Positions 52,072 through 61,806 of a stretch of 64,000 nucleotides of DNA are shown here, in pieces; within the stretch, counting starts at the first letter, position 1, and the number at the start of each line of letters is the position of its first letter. The stretch is from an uncultured Aquiluna sp. (GTDB taxonomy: Bacteria > Actinomycetota > Actinomycetes > Actinomycetales > Microbacteriaceae). A program made the position numbers and the translations under genes. The notes under the pieces were generated by a model. That model saw nothing but the letters and a program-made list of their open reading frames with translations. It was not told the origin of the DNA and ran no database searches. The stretch is from assembly GCA_964527155.1 (NCBI GenBank), contig CAZGNP010000001.1:42124-106123 (forward strand), written 5' to 3'.

Positions 52072-52913
52072 TAAATTCTCGCTGCGTGTAATGACGTAAC
52101 CAAGATTGCTTTTGCACCGATGTCCGAAAGTTGATCCATAATGCGATTTGTCTCCGATGCTTTAACAAGCGCTCTCACTGCTACCCAGCTTTCATCGGCC
52201 AATGGTGAAAGAGTCGGAGATTCAATCCCGGGGGTTATCTTGATCGCCTGATCAATAATTGCCTTAGGGCAGTCGTAATCCATCAAAACATAATCTCTCG
52301 CGACGATAACTCCTTCTATCCTCCTTAGCAATCGGCTAGTTAATTCTGATTTCCCTGGAGCAGCAATCAATCTTGCAGTTGAGGTAATGACCACAGGTCC
52401 AATTATTCGAAGGTTGGCCTTTCGCAGTGTGTTACCGCTCGAAACAACGTCCGCTATGGCATCTGCGACGCCCAATCTGATTGCGGTTTCTACGGCTCCA
52501 TCCAGTTTCACAATCACAGCTGAGATCTTGTTTGTCTCAAGATATCTCTCGAGCAAGGTGGGGAATGCCGTCGCGATTCGCTTGCCAGCAAGGTCAGCTA
52601 CTGACTGGTAGGAAGACTCGGTTGCAACGGCAAATCTAAACGAAGACTCACCGAAACCAAGGTTCGCCACCTCTTCCGCCTTAGATGCGGAATCCATGAG
52701 CAGATCAAGACCAGTGATCCCTGCGTCCAGCGACCCTTCGCCGACGTAAGTCGCTATGTCGCGAGGGCGAAGATAAAAGAATTCAATTTGATTGGATTCA
52801 TCAACAAGGTGAAGCTCGGATGGCTCTCTGCGTGTGGCATAGCCAGCTTCTTTGAGAATTGAAACGGCATTCTCGGACAAAATGCCCTTGTTGGGGATAG
52901 CAACCCTCAGCAT
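52071..52913 (-). CDS. hisG: ATP phosphoribosyltransferase (long form)
   Basis: 280 aa. LRVAIPNKG start, DVVSSGNTL motif and a C-terminal regulatory domain. ATG overlaps the hisE stop by 1 nt. Confidence 0.93.
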   Translation of the reverse strand: MLRVAIPNKGILSENAVSILKEAGYATRREPSELHLVDESNQIEFFYLRPRDIATYVGEGSLDAGITGLDLLMDSASKAEEVANLGFGESSFRFAVATESSYQSVADLAGKRIATAFPTLLERYLETNKISAVIVKLDGAVETAIRLGVADAIADVVSSGNTLRKANLRIIGPVVITSTARLIAAPGKSELTSRLLRRIEGVIVARDYVLMDYDCPKAIIDQAIKITPGIESPTLSPLADESWVAVRALVKASETNRIMDQLSDIGAKAILVTSLHAARI

Positions 52914-53176
52914 TAGAGCCTCTCCTCAATCTCAGAAAGCATTACGCCCCTGGCAACCAACAAAAGCTGAAGGTGATAAATCAATTGCGCTGCTTCCAAC
53001 GCTAAGTCTTCGTTGGTTTCGTACTCTGCTGCCATCCAAACCTCGGAGGCTTCTTCGACAACTTTTTTCCCGATCGCGTGTATACCCTCACCCAGAAGAC
53101 GCGCTGAATTACTGTCTGAAGGCATGCTCTGAGCTATTGATTCAAGCTCTAGATATAGGGAATTAAAGGTTTTCAT
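52913..53176 (-). CDS. hisE: Phosphoribosyl-ATP pyrophosphatase
   Basis: 87 aa. MazG-like helix pair (KKVVEEASEVWMAAE ... EAAQLIYHL). Confidence 0.88.
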   Translation of the reverse strand: MKTFNSLYLELESIAQSMPSDSNSARLLGEGIHAIGKKVVEEASEVWMAAEYETNEDLALEAAQLIYHLQLLLVARGVMLSEIEERL

Positions 53177-53192
53177 ACGTATAGGTTAGCGG

Positions 53193-53849
53193 CTAGGAAT
53201 TCACAGTAATAGCGGCACTTTTTAATGCAGCTATGTTTTGACCCGGGTCTCCAGAGTTGAAAACGGCAGAACCAGCCACGGCGCAATTCGCACCAAGCGA
53301 GGAGATTCGAGAGATGTTTGCAACTGTCACTCCACCATCCACCTGAAGGGTGATGTCTTTTCCGAGACTTGAAATCTCCTTTGCCGCGATGGAAATTTTT
53401 CCGAGGGTTTCCTCTAGAAGCCTTTGCCCTCCAAAACCAGGCTCAACGGTCATTATAAGAAGCATGTCTAGATCGGCAAGAAAGGGAAACGCGGTTTCAA
53501 CTGGTGTATTTGGCTTGATCGCGATTGCAACCTTGGTTCCCATTTCCTTGAGCTGAGCAATGGTCTGGTCTGGGGTCTGAGATGCCTCTAGATGAAATGT
53601 GATGGAATCAACACCAAGCTGGGCGTATTTAACTGCTTCAACGTCCACATTTGTAATCATCAGGTGCACATCAAGCGGAATAGGGCTAATCTCTTGGATT
53701 CGTCTAACAACAGGCAAACCTATAGTCAAATTGGGTACAAAGTGGTTGTCCATTACATCGATGTGCGCAGCATCAGCATTGCTGATTCGCAGCAAATCCC
53801 GTTCAAGATTGGCGAAGTCCGCCGAGAGTATCGAAGGATTGATCTTCAC
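53193..53849 (-). CDS. rpe: Ribulose-phosphate 3-epimerase
   Basis: 218 aa. PSILSADFANL, HIDVMDNHFVPN and VDGG motifs. GTG start. Confidence 0.95.
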   Translation of the reverse strand: MKINPSILSADFANLERDLLRISNADAAHIDVMDNHFVPNLTIGLPVVRRIQEISPIPLDVHLMITNVDVEAVKYAQLGVDSITFHLEASQTPDQTIAQLKEMGTKVAIAIKPNTPVETAFPFLADLDMLLIMTVEPGFGGQRLLEETLGKISIAAKEISSLGKDITLQVDGGVTVANISRISSLGANCAVAGSAVFNSGDPGQNIAALKSAAITVNS

Positions 53850-53853
53850 ATCC

Positions 53854-55176
53854 CTACCCTACTCTCTTGAATGCTGCCATAAACATCGCGTCGGTTTGAT
53901 GGATGTCGGTCCACAGCTGAATGGTCTTCCGTTTCTCATTCAACTGCAGCGAAGGGCTGATTCTGCGCAAGGCGGGCTTTAGGTCAAGAAGCTCAACTTC
54001 TGGGTGCCGTGCGAGCGCGTCAACTATCTGAGTATTTGTTTCAGAAATGACCGGAGAACAGGTGGAATAGAGCAAAACACCTTCCGTCCTTAGGCTAAAT
54101 AGTCCAGCATCCAAGAGTTCGCCCTGAGTTCTATTTAGCTGAGGAAGTTGCGAGGAGTTCTTTCGCCAGCGCGACTCCGGCTTCCTTCGCAGCGAACCTA
54201 GTCCGCTACAGGGCGCGTCAACAAGAACGGCATCAAAACTATTTGGTTCAACCGTCTGTCCCATTGCCTCGACTACGCTGACGCGCTTGTCATACCCGAC
54301 CGCATCGCGAACCAACTTAGCTCGGTGACTAGCGGGTTCTAAACAGACGAGCTCCGCCGATGGATTGAGACCGCTTAGCAATACAGCGGATTTACCGCCA
54401 GGTCCTGAACACATGTCCAAAAATCGGCCATTTAGGTCGGCGATTTCTAGCAGCGTCAGAGCTACCAATTGTGAACCTACGTCCTGCACCCTTATCTCTC
54501 TTGAGAGAAAGGCCTCAGGGTTACCGTCGAGCAGAAAGCCGATCGGAGAAACTGAGGATGCCTCAAAGTTCTCGCCGAGCGACTTCTTCGCGTCTTCAGA
54601 AAGAGCCGCAAGATTGACGCTAGGAGTCTCATTGTTTGACCTAAGAAGGTCTTCAAGCTGATCTCTTGAGTCAAGTGCCAACGAATCAATCAGCGCTCTT
54701 ACTATCCATTCGGGATGAGAATGGGTAACAGAAACCGCAGCGACTGGACTGAGCGCAGCAGTGACTTTAGAAAGCAGACCTTCAAGACCCGCTCTATCCG
54801 AATTCCTCAGAATCGCATTTGCAAATCCAGCTGCTCTTGGATTGATTCTCTTGATGAGCTCAACGGTTTCGTTGATGGCCGCGTGGGCTGGGATTCTCAT
54901 TCGAAAGAGCTGGTGCAGACCGAGTCTCAGTGCTATTCGCACTCCTTCTTCGATGTCCTTACCACCCGCTAGAAAGTCAATTATTACGTCGTACTGCAAC
55001 TGCCACCGAAGCGCCCCATAGGCCATTTCCTGAACGAGACCTCGATCCTGTTCGGCGACGCCGGTTTTCTTCAAGAAACTAGGAAGGAGCAAGTTGACAT
55101 AAGAATCATCTCTTTTGACTCTCACAAGCAATTCATAGGCGGCCAATCTTGCTTTACTCAAGTTTGGAACCGCCAA
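53854..55176 (-). CDS. rsmB: 16S rRNA (cytosine-C5) methyltransferase RsmB/Sun
   Basis: 440 aa. NusB-like N-terminus, SAM site DMCSGPGGKS and catalytic DAPCSGLG. Start is TTG 55176 or TTG 55161. Confidence 0.88.
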   Translation of the reverse strand: MAVPNLSKARLAAYELLVRVKRDDSYVNLLLPSFLKKTGVAEQDRGLVQEMAYGALRWQLQYDVIIDFLAGGKDIEEGVRIALRLGLHQLFRMRIPAHAAINETVELIKRINPRAAGFANAILRNSDRAGLEGLLSKVTAALSPVAAVSVTHSHPEWIVRALIDSLALDSRDQLEDLLRSNNETPSVNLAALSEDAKKSLGENFEASSVSPIGFLLDGNPEAFLSREIRVQDVGSQLVALTLLEIADLNGRFLDMCSGPGGKSAVLLSGLNPSAELVCLEPASHRAKLVRDAVGYDKRVSVVEAMGQTVEPNSFDAVLVDAPCSGLGSLRRKPESRWRKNSSQLPQLNRTQGELLDAGLFSLRTEGVLLYSTCSPVISETNTQIVDALARHPEVELLDLKPALRRISPSLQLNEKRKTIQLWTDIHQTDAMFMAAFKRVG

Positions 55177-56065
55177 ATCCGCGCAGCCAATCCATAGCCT
55201 GCATCTGCTTGCCGCCAGCAGGTTGAACTTCGATTAATTCAAGTCGAGATCCATGCCCACAACCAACTAGGACCTTACCCGCAGACACCTCTATTTCGCC
55301 TGGGCTAAGAATCTTTTCACTGACTGAGTTCCAATCGACCGCACCAATTGCCCTAGCCCGGAGGATCCGCAAATCCCTCTCTCCAGCTCGACACCATGCC
55401 ATCGGCTCTGGGTTAAATGCATACACTCTTCGTTGAATTTCTGGCGCCGTTGCCTCGAAACTGATTCTTGCATCTGCGCGCGAAATCTTTGGAGCATAGG
55501 TCGCCTGACCCTGCTGGTCTCTCGGAAGCTTTGCACTTTCTAGATTTCGAATAATCAATTGCGAGCCCAGCTCTCCAAGGTGTTCCATTATTTGTTCAGC
55601 CGGTTGGTCGTCTGGAAGATTAAGCGGTACATCTTCAACTACAGGACCAGTGTCCAATGATTCTTCAAGTTCAAACAGGGTGATTCCTTGCCCGATTCTG
55701 GAAATAAGCGAATGCTGGAGTGGACTTGCTCCTCGCCAGAGTGGCAAGAGACTGAAGTGTAGATTCCACCAGGGAAATAGATCGAGTGCGCTCTTTGGAA
55801 TCATTGCTCCATAAGCAACCACTACAGCCCTTTCCGCGCCAGATTGTCGAATTAGCTCAATTTCCAAAGCGCCTAGATGGTCTGCTTTCAGCGTCGGTAC
55901 CCCAAGGCCTTCTGCGACGACAGCTACCTCTGAAGGCGTGAGTTTGTGCTTTCGCCCAATCTCAGCGTCGGGGCGCGTTAGAACAAGGCAAATCTCATGC
56001 TGCTTTGCAAGACTTGCAAGAACACTGGCGGCGACCTTCGGGGTTCCGGCAAAAAGAATCTTCAC
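55154..56065 (-). CDS. fmt: Methionyl-tRNA formyltransferase
   Basis: 303 aa. KILFAGTP and NLHFSLLPLWRGASP motifs. GTG start overlaps the priA stop by 1 nt. Confidence 0.93.
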   Translation of the reverse strand: MKILFAGTPKVAASVLASLAKQHEICLVLTRPDAEIGRKHKLTPSEVAVVAEGLGVPTLKADHLGALEIELIRQSGAERAVVVAYGAMIPKSALDLFPWWNLHFSLLPLWRGASPLQHSLISRIGQGITLFELEESLDTGPVVEDVPLNLPDDQPAEQIMEHLGELGSQLIIRNLESAKLPRDQQGQATYAPKISRADARISFEATAPEIQRRVYAFNPEPMAWCRAGERDLRILRARAIGAVDWNSVSEKILSPGEIEVSAGKVLVGCGHGSRLELIEVQPAGGKQMQAMDWLRGFGGSKLE

Positions 56066-57852
56066 TAAATACCCTCCAATTCGTCCATAATGACTGTAAA
56101 GCCCCTCACGTTGCGTTCACCTCGGATGACCGATTTAGCAGATGTTGCGATGGCTCTTAGCTCGCGAGAAATCTCTTGTCCTTTTGAGTAGTCGAATCGA
56201 AATGTCGCTGTTTTCCCATCATTTCGCAGCTGTTCTCCTCCGTTTGCAGTGATTGCTGCCTTTGCGATTTGGATTTGCTTCGGCGTACCAGACACCTTTA
56301 CAATCCTGACTGCAGGTGGCAGTCGAAGCTGCTTGGATTCCTGATATGTCACTCGTGCAATTTCAACATGTTGCCACAGTGCAAAGGGTTTTCCTAGACG
56401 ATTGTCAAGCCCAGCGATGACTACTCGACCATCTGGATTAAGTAGCTCTATTGCCTCGCACCAATCCCTTAGGGCATTCTGCTCTGCGTGAATGCTCTGG
56501 GCAGCGAGCCAAATGTCTGGATCGAGTACGACTAGACCGCTGTACCCCTTGCTAAGGCGAGGCGCACTTCCTGGAGTAGCTACAACAATTTGATTTGCTC
56601 GATTTGCAACCGTCGGCTTCTTCTCTCGGGTTGCTTCATAAATCACCGCCCCAGGAAACATCTTTCCAACCTCAGCAGAGGTTCGCGTGCTGCCAGACCT
56701 ACCCCGCCTAAAGTTGGTTGCACGACAATCTGAGCACTCGAGGATCGGTTTTGAGCAAATTCTGCATTCGTATGCTCCTGCTCTCGCTTCCCAGCCAAAA
56801 CCACCGCATCTGCACCGAAGTCGTTCTCCACAGTCCGCGCAGTAAGCGCCCGCCGATGAACCCTTTCGTGGGAGCAAGACGAGAAGGGTTCCTCGCTTGA
56901 GGGATTCCTTGGCCAAATTGATACTGGTCTCATCGATTCTTTGGCCTACCGAGGAATAGGCGATGCGCGGAGGCTTTTGTCCAAGACTGAATTCCTTGAG
57001 ATACCCAATTTCGACCAGTCGTTGAAGCTCTACCGATCTATAGGGAGCGGCAAAGAGCAAGGATGCTCGGTTGGACGCCCGTAGCAGAGCAAGATCGCGC
57101 AGGTTTGTATGAGGAGAACCGATCTCGCGGTAGCTTTCGTCAGCGTCATCAGCAACTGCAATCAGTCCCAAATTTGCAACCGGTGCATAAATAGCACTTC
57201 TTGTGCCCACAATTACTCTTACCTGATTAAGTGTTCTATGAAAGTTCTGATACCTCAACGACTTAGGCAATGATTCCCAGACGATGATATCCAAATTGAG
57301 CGCTCTGGCAGCAACTACAATCTCCTCCACATCTGCAGCTTCCGGGGCGATCAGAATTGAGGAGTTGCCGCTTGCAAATTGATCAGCCGCTCTTTGTACA
57401 AACAACTTTGCCCAGGCCGGCACAAAGGCCTCGCCGAGGGGAACTTGGGTGCTGGTGAGAACGACTTCGTTCGTAATGATGTTGGTGCCTATTGGAATGT
57501 CAGTTGGCAAATCAAGGGAGACTCTTGGCATGTGTTGCGGACAGGCAAGTTGAAGAATTTCACCGAGAGCAACAACTTGGCGCTGAGAGATTGACCTGCA
57601 AAACTCATAGAGCTCTTGTGTGATAATTGCTCTTTCACCAACGACAGCCGTAATTGATGTCTTTGCCCATTGACTGCTCTCGAGAAGCTCGACGACAATA
57701 CCGGTTTGCTCTGACTTGGCTCTTCCCATCTTGAATTTGACCCGTGAGCCCCATTGGATTGAATTACTCAGTTCGGCAGGGACTAGGAAATCGAACTCTC
57801 GATCTAATTGGAGCAACGGCGACTCTACCGCCACTCGAACGGCGTAAACCAC
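56065..57852 (-). CDS. priA: Primosomal protein N' (PriA) homologue with degenerate helicase motifs
   Basis: 595 aa. N-terminal 3'-DNA-binding-type region (VESPLLQLDREFDFLVP) and Cys-rich zinc module (CADCGERLRCRCG...CRIC...CSDC). No GxGKT Walker A at the expected site (SSILIAPEAAD), and DDADE sits where DExH is expected. Confidence 0.85.
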   Translation of the reverse strand: MVYAVRVAVESPLLQLDREFDFLVPAELSNSIQWGSRVKFKMGRAKSEQTGIVVELLESSQWAKTSITAVVGERAIITQELYEFCRSISQRQVVALGEILQLACPQHMPRVSLDLPTDIPIGTNIITNEVVLTSTQVPLGEAFVPAWAKLFVQRAADQFASGNSSILIAPEAADVEEIVVAARALNLDIIVWESLPKSLRYQNFHRTLNQVRVIVGTRSAIYAPVANLGLIAVADDADESYREIGSPHTNLRDLALLRASNRASLLFAAPYRSVELQRLVEIGYLKEFSLGQKPPRIAYSSVGQRIDETSINLAKESLKRGTLLVLLPRKGSSAGAYCADCGERLRCRCGGFGWEARAGAYECRICSKPILECSDCRATNFRRGRSGSTRTSAEVGKMFPGAVIYEATREKKPTVANRANQIVVATPGSAPRLSKGYSGLVVLDPDIWLAAQSIHAEQNALRDWCEAIELLNPDGRVVIAGLDNRLGKPFALWQHVEIARVTYQESKQLRLPPAVRIVKVSGTPKQIQIAKAAITANGGEQLRNDGKTATFRFDYSKGQEISRELRAIATSAKSVIRGERNVRGFTVIMDELEGI

Positions 57853-57854
57853 TA

Positions 57855-59042
57855 CTAGCGCCCGATCACGTCAAGAAGTGCATCTACTCGGTCCAGCCGC
57901 TCCCAACTGAATTCAGGTAGCTCGCGACCAAAGTGACCGTATACTGCCGTCTTGCTAAAGATTGGTCGTCTAAGGTCTAAATCTTCAATAATTGCCGCGG
58001 GTCGAAGATCGAAAACTTTTGCGATTGCTTTCTCGATCTCACCTATTTCAACCTTTTCTGTGCCAAAGGTCTCAACAAATACAGCCACAGGCTTTGCCAT
58101 TCCAATTGCGTAGGCTACTTGAATCTCTGCTCTTGCGGCTAGTCCTGCAGCCACAACATTTTTAGCCACCCAACGCATGGCGTAGGCCGCGGATCTGTCA
58201 ACCTTTGAGGGATCTTTACCAGAGAATGCACCACCGCCATGTCTTGCCATTCCGCCATAGGTATCAACAATAATTTTTCGTCCGGTCAGTCCAGCATCTC
58301 CCTGAGGACCACCGACTACAAATCTTCCTGATGGATTAATGATGTATTGCGTATTCGAAAAATCTAACTGACTTTCCTGTAGAACGGGTTTTATCACTCT
58401 CTCGAGAGCAATACTTGCAAGTTCGTCTTGTGCCAAATCGGGATGATGCTGGCTCGATAGCACCACGGTGCTGATTGACACGGGTTTATGGCCATCGTAA
58501 TCAACGGACACCTGAGTTTTTCCGTCCGGCCGAAGCAGCCCCATGCCCAATTCTTTTCTGACTTGGCTAAGCCTCTGTGCAATCTGATGCGCCAGCAGAA
58601 TTGGCGCAGGCATGAGCGATTTGGTCTCTGAAGTTGCATAGCCGAACATCATGCCCTGATCGCCAGCACCCATCGAATTGAACCGATCGACTTCTCCCCT
58701 TCGTTTCTCCAGGGCATTGTCGACGCTGGAAGCTATGTCAGGCGATTGAGCGCCAATCGACACGGATACGCCGCAAGAGTTACCATCAAAGCCAATTTCT
58801 GAGCTGTTGTACCCAATCTCAACGATTTTGTCACGAACCAATTGAGGTATTTCTACGTAACCAGATGTCGTGACCTCGCCGGCTATATGAACCAGCCCAG
58901 TGGTCACTAGCGCCTCTACCGCGACACGTGAATATGGGTCTTGTTCGATAATGGCGTCGAGTATCGTGTCGGAGAGCTGATCACAGACTTTGTCTGGATG
59001 CCCCTCTGTGACTGATTCAGAAGTAAATGTGCGTAGCGTCAT
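57855..59042 (-). CDS. metK: S-adenosylmethionine synthase
   Basis: 395 aa. [27 protein letters not shown] and [16 protein letters not shown] motifs. Confidence 0.95.
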   Translation of the reverse strand: MTLRTFTSESVTEGHPDKVCDQLSDTILDAIIEQDPYSRVAVEALVTTGLVHIAGEVTTSGYVEIPQLVRDKIVEIGYNSSEIGFDGNSCGVSVSIGAQSPDIASSVDNALEKRRGEVDRFNSMGAGDQGMMFGYATSETKSLMPAPILLAHQIAQRLSQVRKELGMGLLRPDGKTQVSVDYDGHKPVSISTVVLSSQHHPDLAQDELASIALERVIKPVLQESQLDFSNTQYIINPSGRFVVGGPQGDAGLTGRKIIVDTYGGMARHGGGAFSGKDPSKVDRSAAYAMRWVAKNVVAAGLAARAEIQVAYAIGMAKPVAVFVETFGTEKVEIGEIEKAIAKVFDLRPAAIIEDLDLRRPIFSKTAVYGHFGRELPEFSWERLDRVDALLDVIGR

Positions 59043-59059
59043 GCATAAAGCCTACTCGG

Positions 59060-60196
59060 CTAAGCGACGAAGTGGCTAGTGATCTTTTCCACTATGAGCT
59101 TCGCCACTTCCCGCTTACTTCCATGACACTCAACAACCCCGTCCCGTTCCACCAGAAGTGCGCGGATACTTTGCGACCCGAGGGTTTCGGTAGTGTTTCC
59201 AATCATCAAAGACACGCCCTTATCCCAGAGTTTCTGATTAGCGATTTTCTCTAAGTCTTGGCTCTGATCAGCCAGGGTGAAGGCAACAGCGAAACTTTGC
59301 GGATACTTCGCGCAATAGTTCGCAATTAAATCTTTGGTTGGCGATAGCTCAATTTTTGGGGTTTGAGAGCGCGAAAGCTTGCCGGGATATGGATTGCCGA
59401 CGCGAAAATCACTTACAGCAGCCGCCATCACAATGACATCGGATGCGGTATCCATTGCATGTTCAAGATCCTCCACGCTTGAGACATTCACGACCTCCAT
59501 TCCCGCAGGGGTGTTCTCCAGATTGCAGGCAATCAACTTCACCCTTGCTCCCGCATCACGAGCGGCCTGGGCGATTTCAATCCCCATCCGACCCGAAGAC
59601 CTATTTCCAATAAACCGGACTTCATCGATTGGTTCTCGAGTACCACCAGCTGTGACTATTACTGTTTTGTTTGCAAGGGGGCTGGACAAACAGAACTGCA
59701 CTATCTGTTCAACTTCAGGCAATCTTCCGATACCTGAGTCTGAGCCGGTTAGCCTGCCTGTAGCAGGATCCATAACTCGAATTCCACGCTCTAGCAGCGT
59801 TCTGACATTGGTTTGAGTGGCCGCATTTAGCCACATCTCCGAGTGCATTGCAGGGCACACCACTATCGGTGCAGTACTTGCGAGTATGGCGTTGGTTAGA
59901 AGATCATCCGCTAAACCGTTGGCGAGTCTAGAAATGAAGGATGCAGTTGCCGGGGCAACCACTACTAAATCCGCCTGCTGTCCGAGTTCAACGTGGCGAA
60001 CCTGAGCGACATCACTGTACATGTCAATGTCTATGTTTTCACCCGAAAGCGCTTCTAGACTCGCTTTCCCGATGAATCGCAGAGCATTTTCGGTAGGAAC
60101 AACCGTGACAGTGTGTCCCAATTCTTTGAAAGCACGAACAAGGCCAGCGGCTTTGTAGGCAGCAATCCCACCGGTTATACCAAGCAGAATTCGCAA
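59060..60196 (-). CDS. coaBC: Bifunctional phosphopantothenoylcysteine decarboxylase / phosphopantothenate-cysteine ligase
   Basis: 378 aa. Flavoprotein N-domain GITGGIAAYKA and PAMHSEMW. CoaB domain ITAGGTREPID and NRSSGRMG. TTG start. Confidence 0.9.
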   Translation of the reverse strand: MRILLGITGGIAAYKAAGLVRAFKELGHTVTVVPTENALRFIGKASLEALSGENIDIDMYSDVAQVRHVELGQQADLVVVAPATASFISRLANGLADDLLTNAILASTAPIVVCPAMHSEMWLNAATQTNVRTLLERGIRVMDPATGRLTGSDSGIGRLPEVEQIVQFCLSSPLANKTVIVTAGGTREPIDEVRFIGNRSSGRMGIEIAQAARDAGARVKLIACNLENTPAGMEVVNVSSVEDLEHAMDTASDVIVMAAAVSDFRVGNPYPGKLSRSQTPKIELSPTKDLIANYCAKYPQSFAVAFTLADQSQDLEKIANQKLWDKGVSLMIGNTTETLGSQSIRALLVERDGVVECHGSKREVAKLIVEKITSHFVA

Positions 60197-60208
60197 AGGA
60201 TTATCTAA

Positions 60209-60448
60209 CTACTTTTTTTCGAGTTTGCCCTGGTGTATCTCGTGGAGGGCAATGGAAAGGGGCTTGTCGTCGATAGTGGAATCGACCAGCGGTCCAACAT
60301 AGTTGAAGAGGCTGCCTTCGTGGAGCGCGGAGTAGTACTCGTTAATTTGGCGTGCACGCTTGGAAGCGAAAATAACCAGCTCATAGTTTGACTCAACTTT
60401 TGACAGAAGCTCGTCAATCGGAGGAGCTGTAATTCCTTTGTTGTCCAT
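60209..60448 (-). CDS. rpoZ: DNA-directed RNA polymerase subunit omega
   Basis: 79 aa. [14 protein letters not shown] core motif. Conserved gmk-rpoZ order. Confidence 0.88.
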   Translation of the reverse strand: MDNKGITAPPIDELLSKVESNYELVIFASKRARQINEYYSALHEGSLFNYVGPLVDSTIDDKPLSIALHEIHQGKLEKK

Positions 60449-60454
60449 CTCTAC

Positions 60455-61003
60455 CTAATGCTTTCTTACTAAATCCACAATTGTGTTGGCAGCCAAAGCT
60501 AAATCATCATTCACAACCTGGAAATCAAATTCACTGGCACCTGCCAGTTCGATTCGGGCTGTCTCTAGTCTAGTTTGAATTTGCTCCTCTGTCTCCGTCC
60601 CCCGTCCTCGCAGCCTGGATTCTAGCTCCTGAATAGAAGGGGGTAGCAGGAAAACCGAGACAGCATTGTCGACTCTGGTTCTGATTTGGCGGGCGCCCTG
60701 GATGTCGATTTCTAGGACTAGGTGCCTGCCAAGCCGGTCTGCCTTTTCCAGTTCCGCCAACGGAGTGCCATAGTAATTTTGACCATGCACCTGGGCCCAT
60801 TCCAGTAGTTGGCCAGTTCTAATCAACTCCTTGAAAGCCTGTTGGGATACGAAGTGATAGTGAACACCATCCGACTCGCCAGGCCTTGGTGATCTTGTTG
60901 TGGCCGAAACGGACAGCATAAAGTCTGTGTTTTTGCTCAAGATCTCCTTGACAACGGTCCCCTTGCCCACGCCAGCGGGACCGACCAGAACCAATAGAGT
61001 CAT
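60455..61003 (-). CDS. gmk: Guanylate kinase
   Basis: 182 aa. P-loop GPAGVGKGT, SATTRSPRPGE and YHFVS motifs. ATG overlaps the pyrF stop (ATGA). Confidence 0.93.
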   Translation of the reverse strand: MTLLVLVGPAGVGKGTVVKEILSKNTDFMLSVSATTRSPRPGESDGVHYHFVSQQAFKELIRTGQLLEWAQVHGQNYYGTPLAELEKADRLGRHLVLEIDIQGARQIRTRVDNAVSVFLLPPSIQELESRLRGRGTETEEQIQTRLETARIELAGASEFDFQVVNDDLALAANTIVDLVRKH

Positions 61004-61806
61004 AATTGCGCCTTGAGTTCATCAATTGATTTGATTATTGCACGTGATCCACCCTGCGAAACCGCTCGCGAAACTGAACATATAACGCGTTGAGAACTCG
61101 CTCCAAAGATGTCCTTCAGCTGAGAGATCTGAACGCCTTGAGCACCGAAACCTGGAGCAAGAATGGGCGTTCTGATGTCTTCTTTTGCTATCACATCAAT
61201 TCCAAAGTCCGAAAGATTTACCGTTGCCCCGATCACAACACCAACATCTCCAAGAGAGACCTCTCTGGCAAACTGCACGATTCGAGCTGCATTGGTCAGA
61301 GTTCCAAGCTTCGACTTTTGAAGTTCCTGCGCCTCTGGATTGGAGGTGGCAGCGAGAAGAAACACTCCCCCTTGTACATCCCTGGCGGCATCTATTGTCT
61401 CCAGTAGTGAACTTGGTCCAAGATAAGGTGACAGGGTAAGAGCATCGGATCTTAGGGGCGAATCATCTCCAAACCATGCCTGCGCATAGCCCAACATAGT
61501 TGAGCCGATGTCCCCGCGCTTGGCATCGGAAATTATCAGTAGATTGCTCTCTCTTGCTGCAGCGAGAACCTCTTCAAGAGCAAAGAGACCGCTTGATCCA
61601 AATCTTTCGAAAAAAGCCACCTGTGGCTTGATTATTCCCACGCGCCTCTCACAAGCGGAAATAATTGCATAACCAAAATCTCTCGCCCCTTCCGCCGAGT
61701 CGGGAATACCCCAATCTGACAGTGTGCTTTCAGAGGGATCAATTCCAACACAAAGGGCTCCGTATTGATCTAAGGCACTAGAAAGCTTCTGTGAAAAATT
61801 ATCCAT
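61000..61806 (-). CDS. pyrF: Orotidine 5'-phosphate decarboxylase (type 2)
   Basis: LCVGIDP and DAKRGDIGST motifs. ATG 61806 (MDNFSQKL...) overlaps the carB 3' end by 8 nt. The track start at 61830 is an alternative. Confidence 0.9.
   Translation of the reverse strand: MDNFSQKLSSALDQYGALCVGIDPSESTLSDWGIPDSAEGARDFGYAIISACERRVGIIKPQVAFFERFGSSGLFALEEVLAAARESNLLIISDAKRGDIGSTMLGYAQAWFGDDSPLRSDALTLSPYLGPSSLLETIDAARDVQGGVFLLAATSNPEAQELQKSKLGTLTNAARIVQFAREVSLGDVGVVIGATVNLSDFGIDVIAKEDIRTPILAPGFGAQGVQISQLKDIFGASSQRVICSVSRAVSQGGSRAIIKSIDELKAQL

Noticed and set aside
59043-59059. Possible SAM riboswitch upstream of metK, a trp attenuator or leader upstream of trpE, and T-box or other leaders in the gene train.
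   Set aside because: The available upstream spaces are 17 nt (metK) and none (trpE overlaps hisI). That is far too short for any riboswitch or leader peptide.
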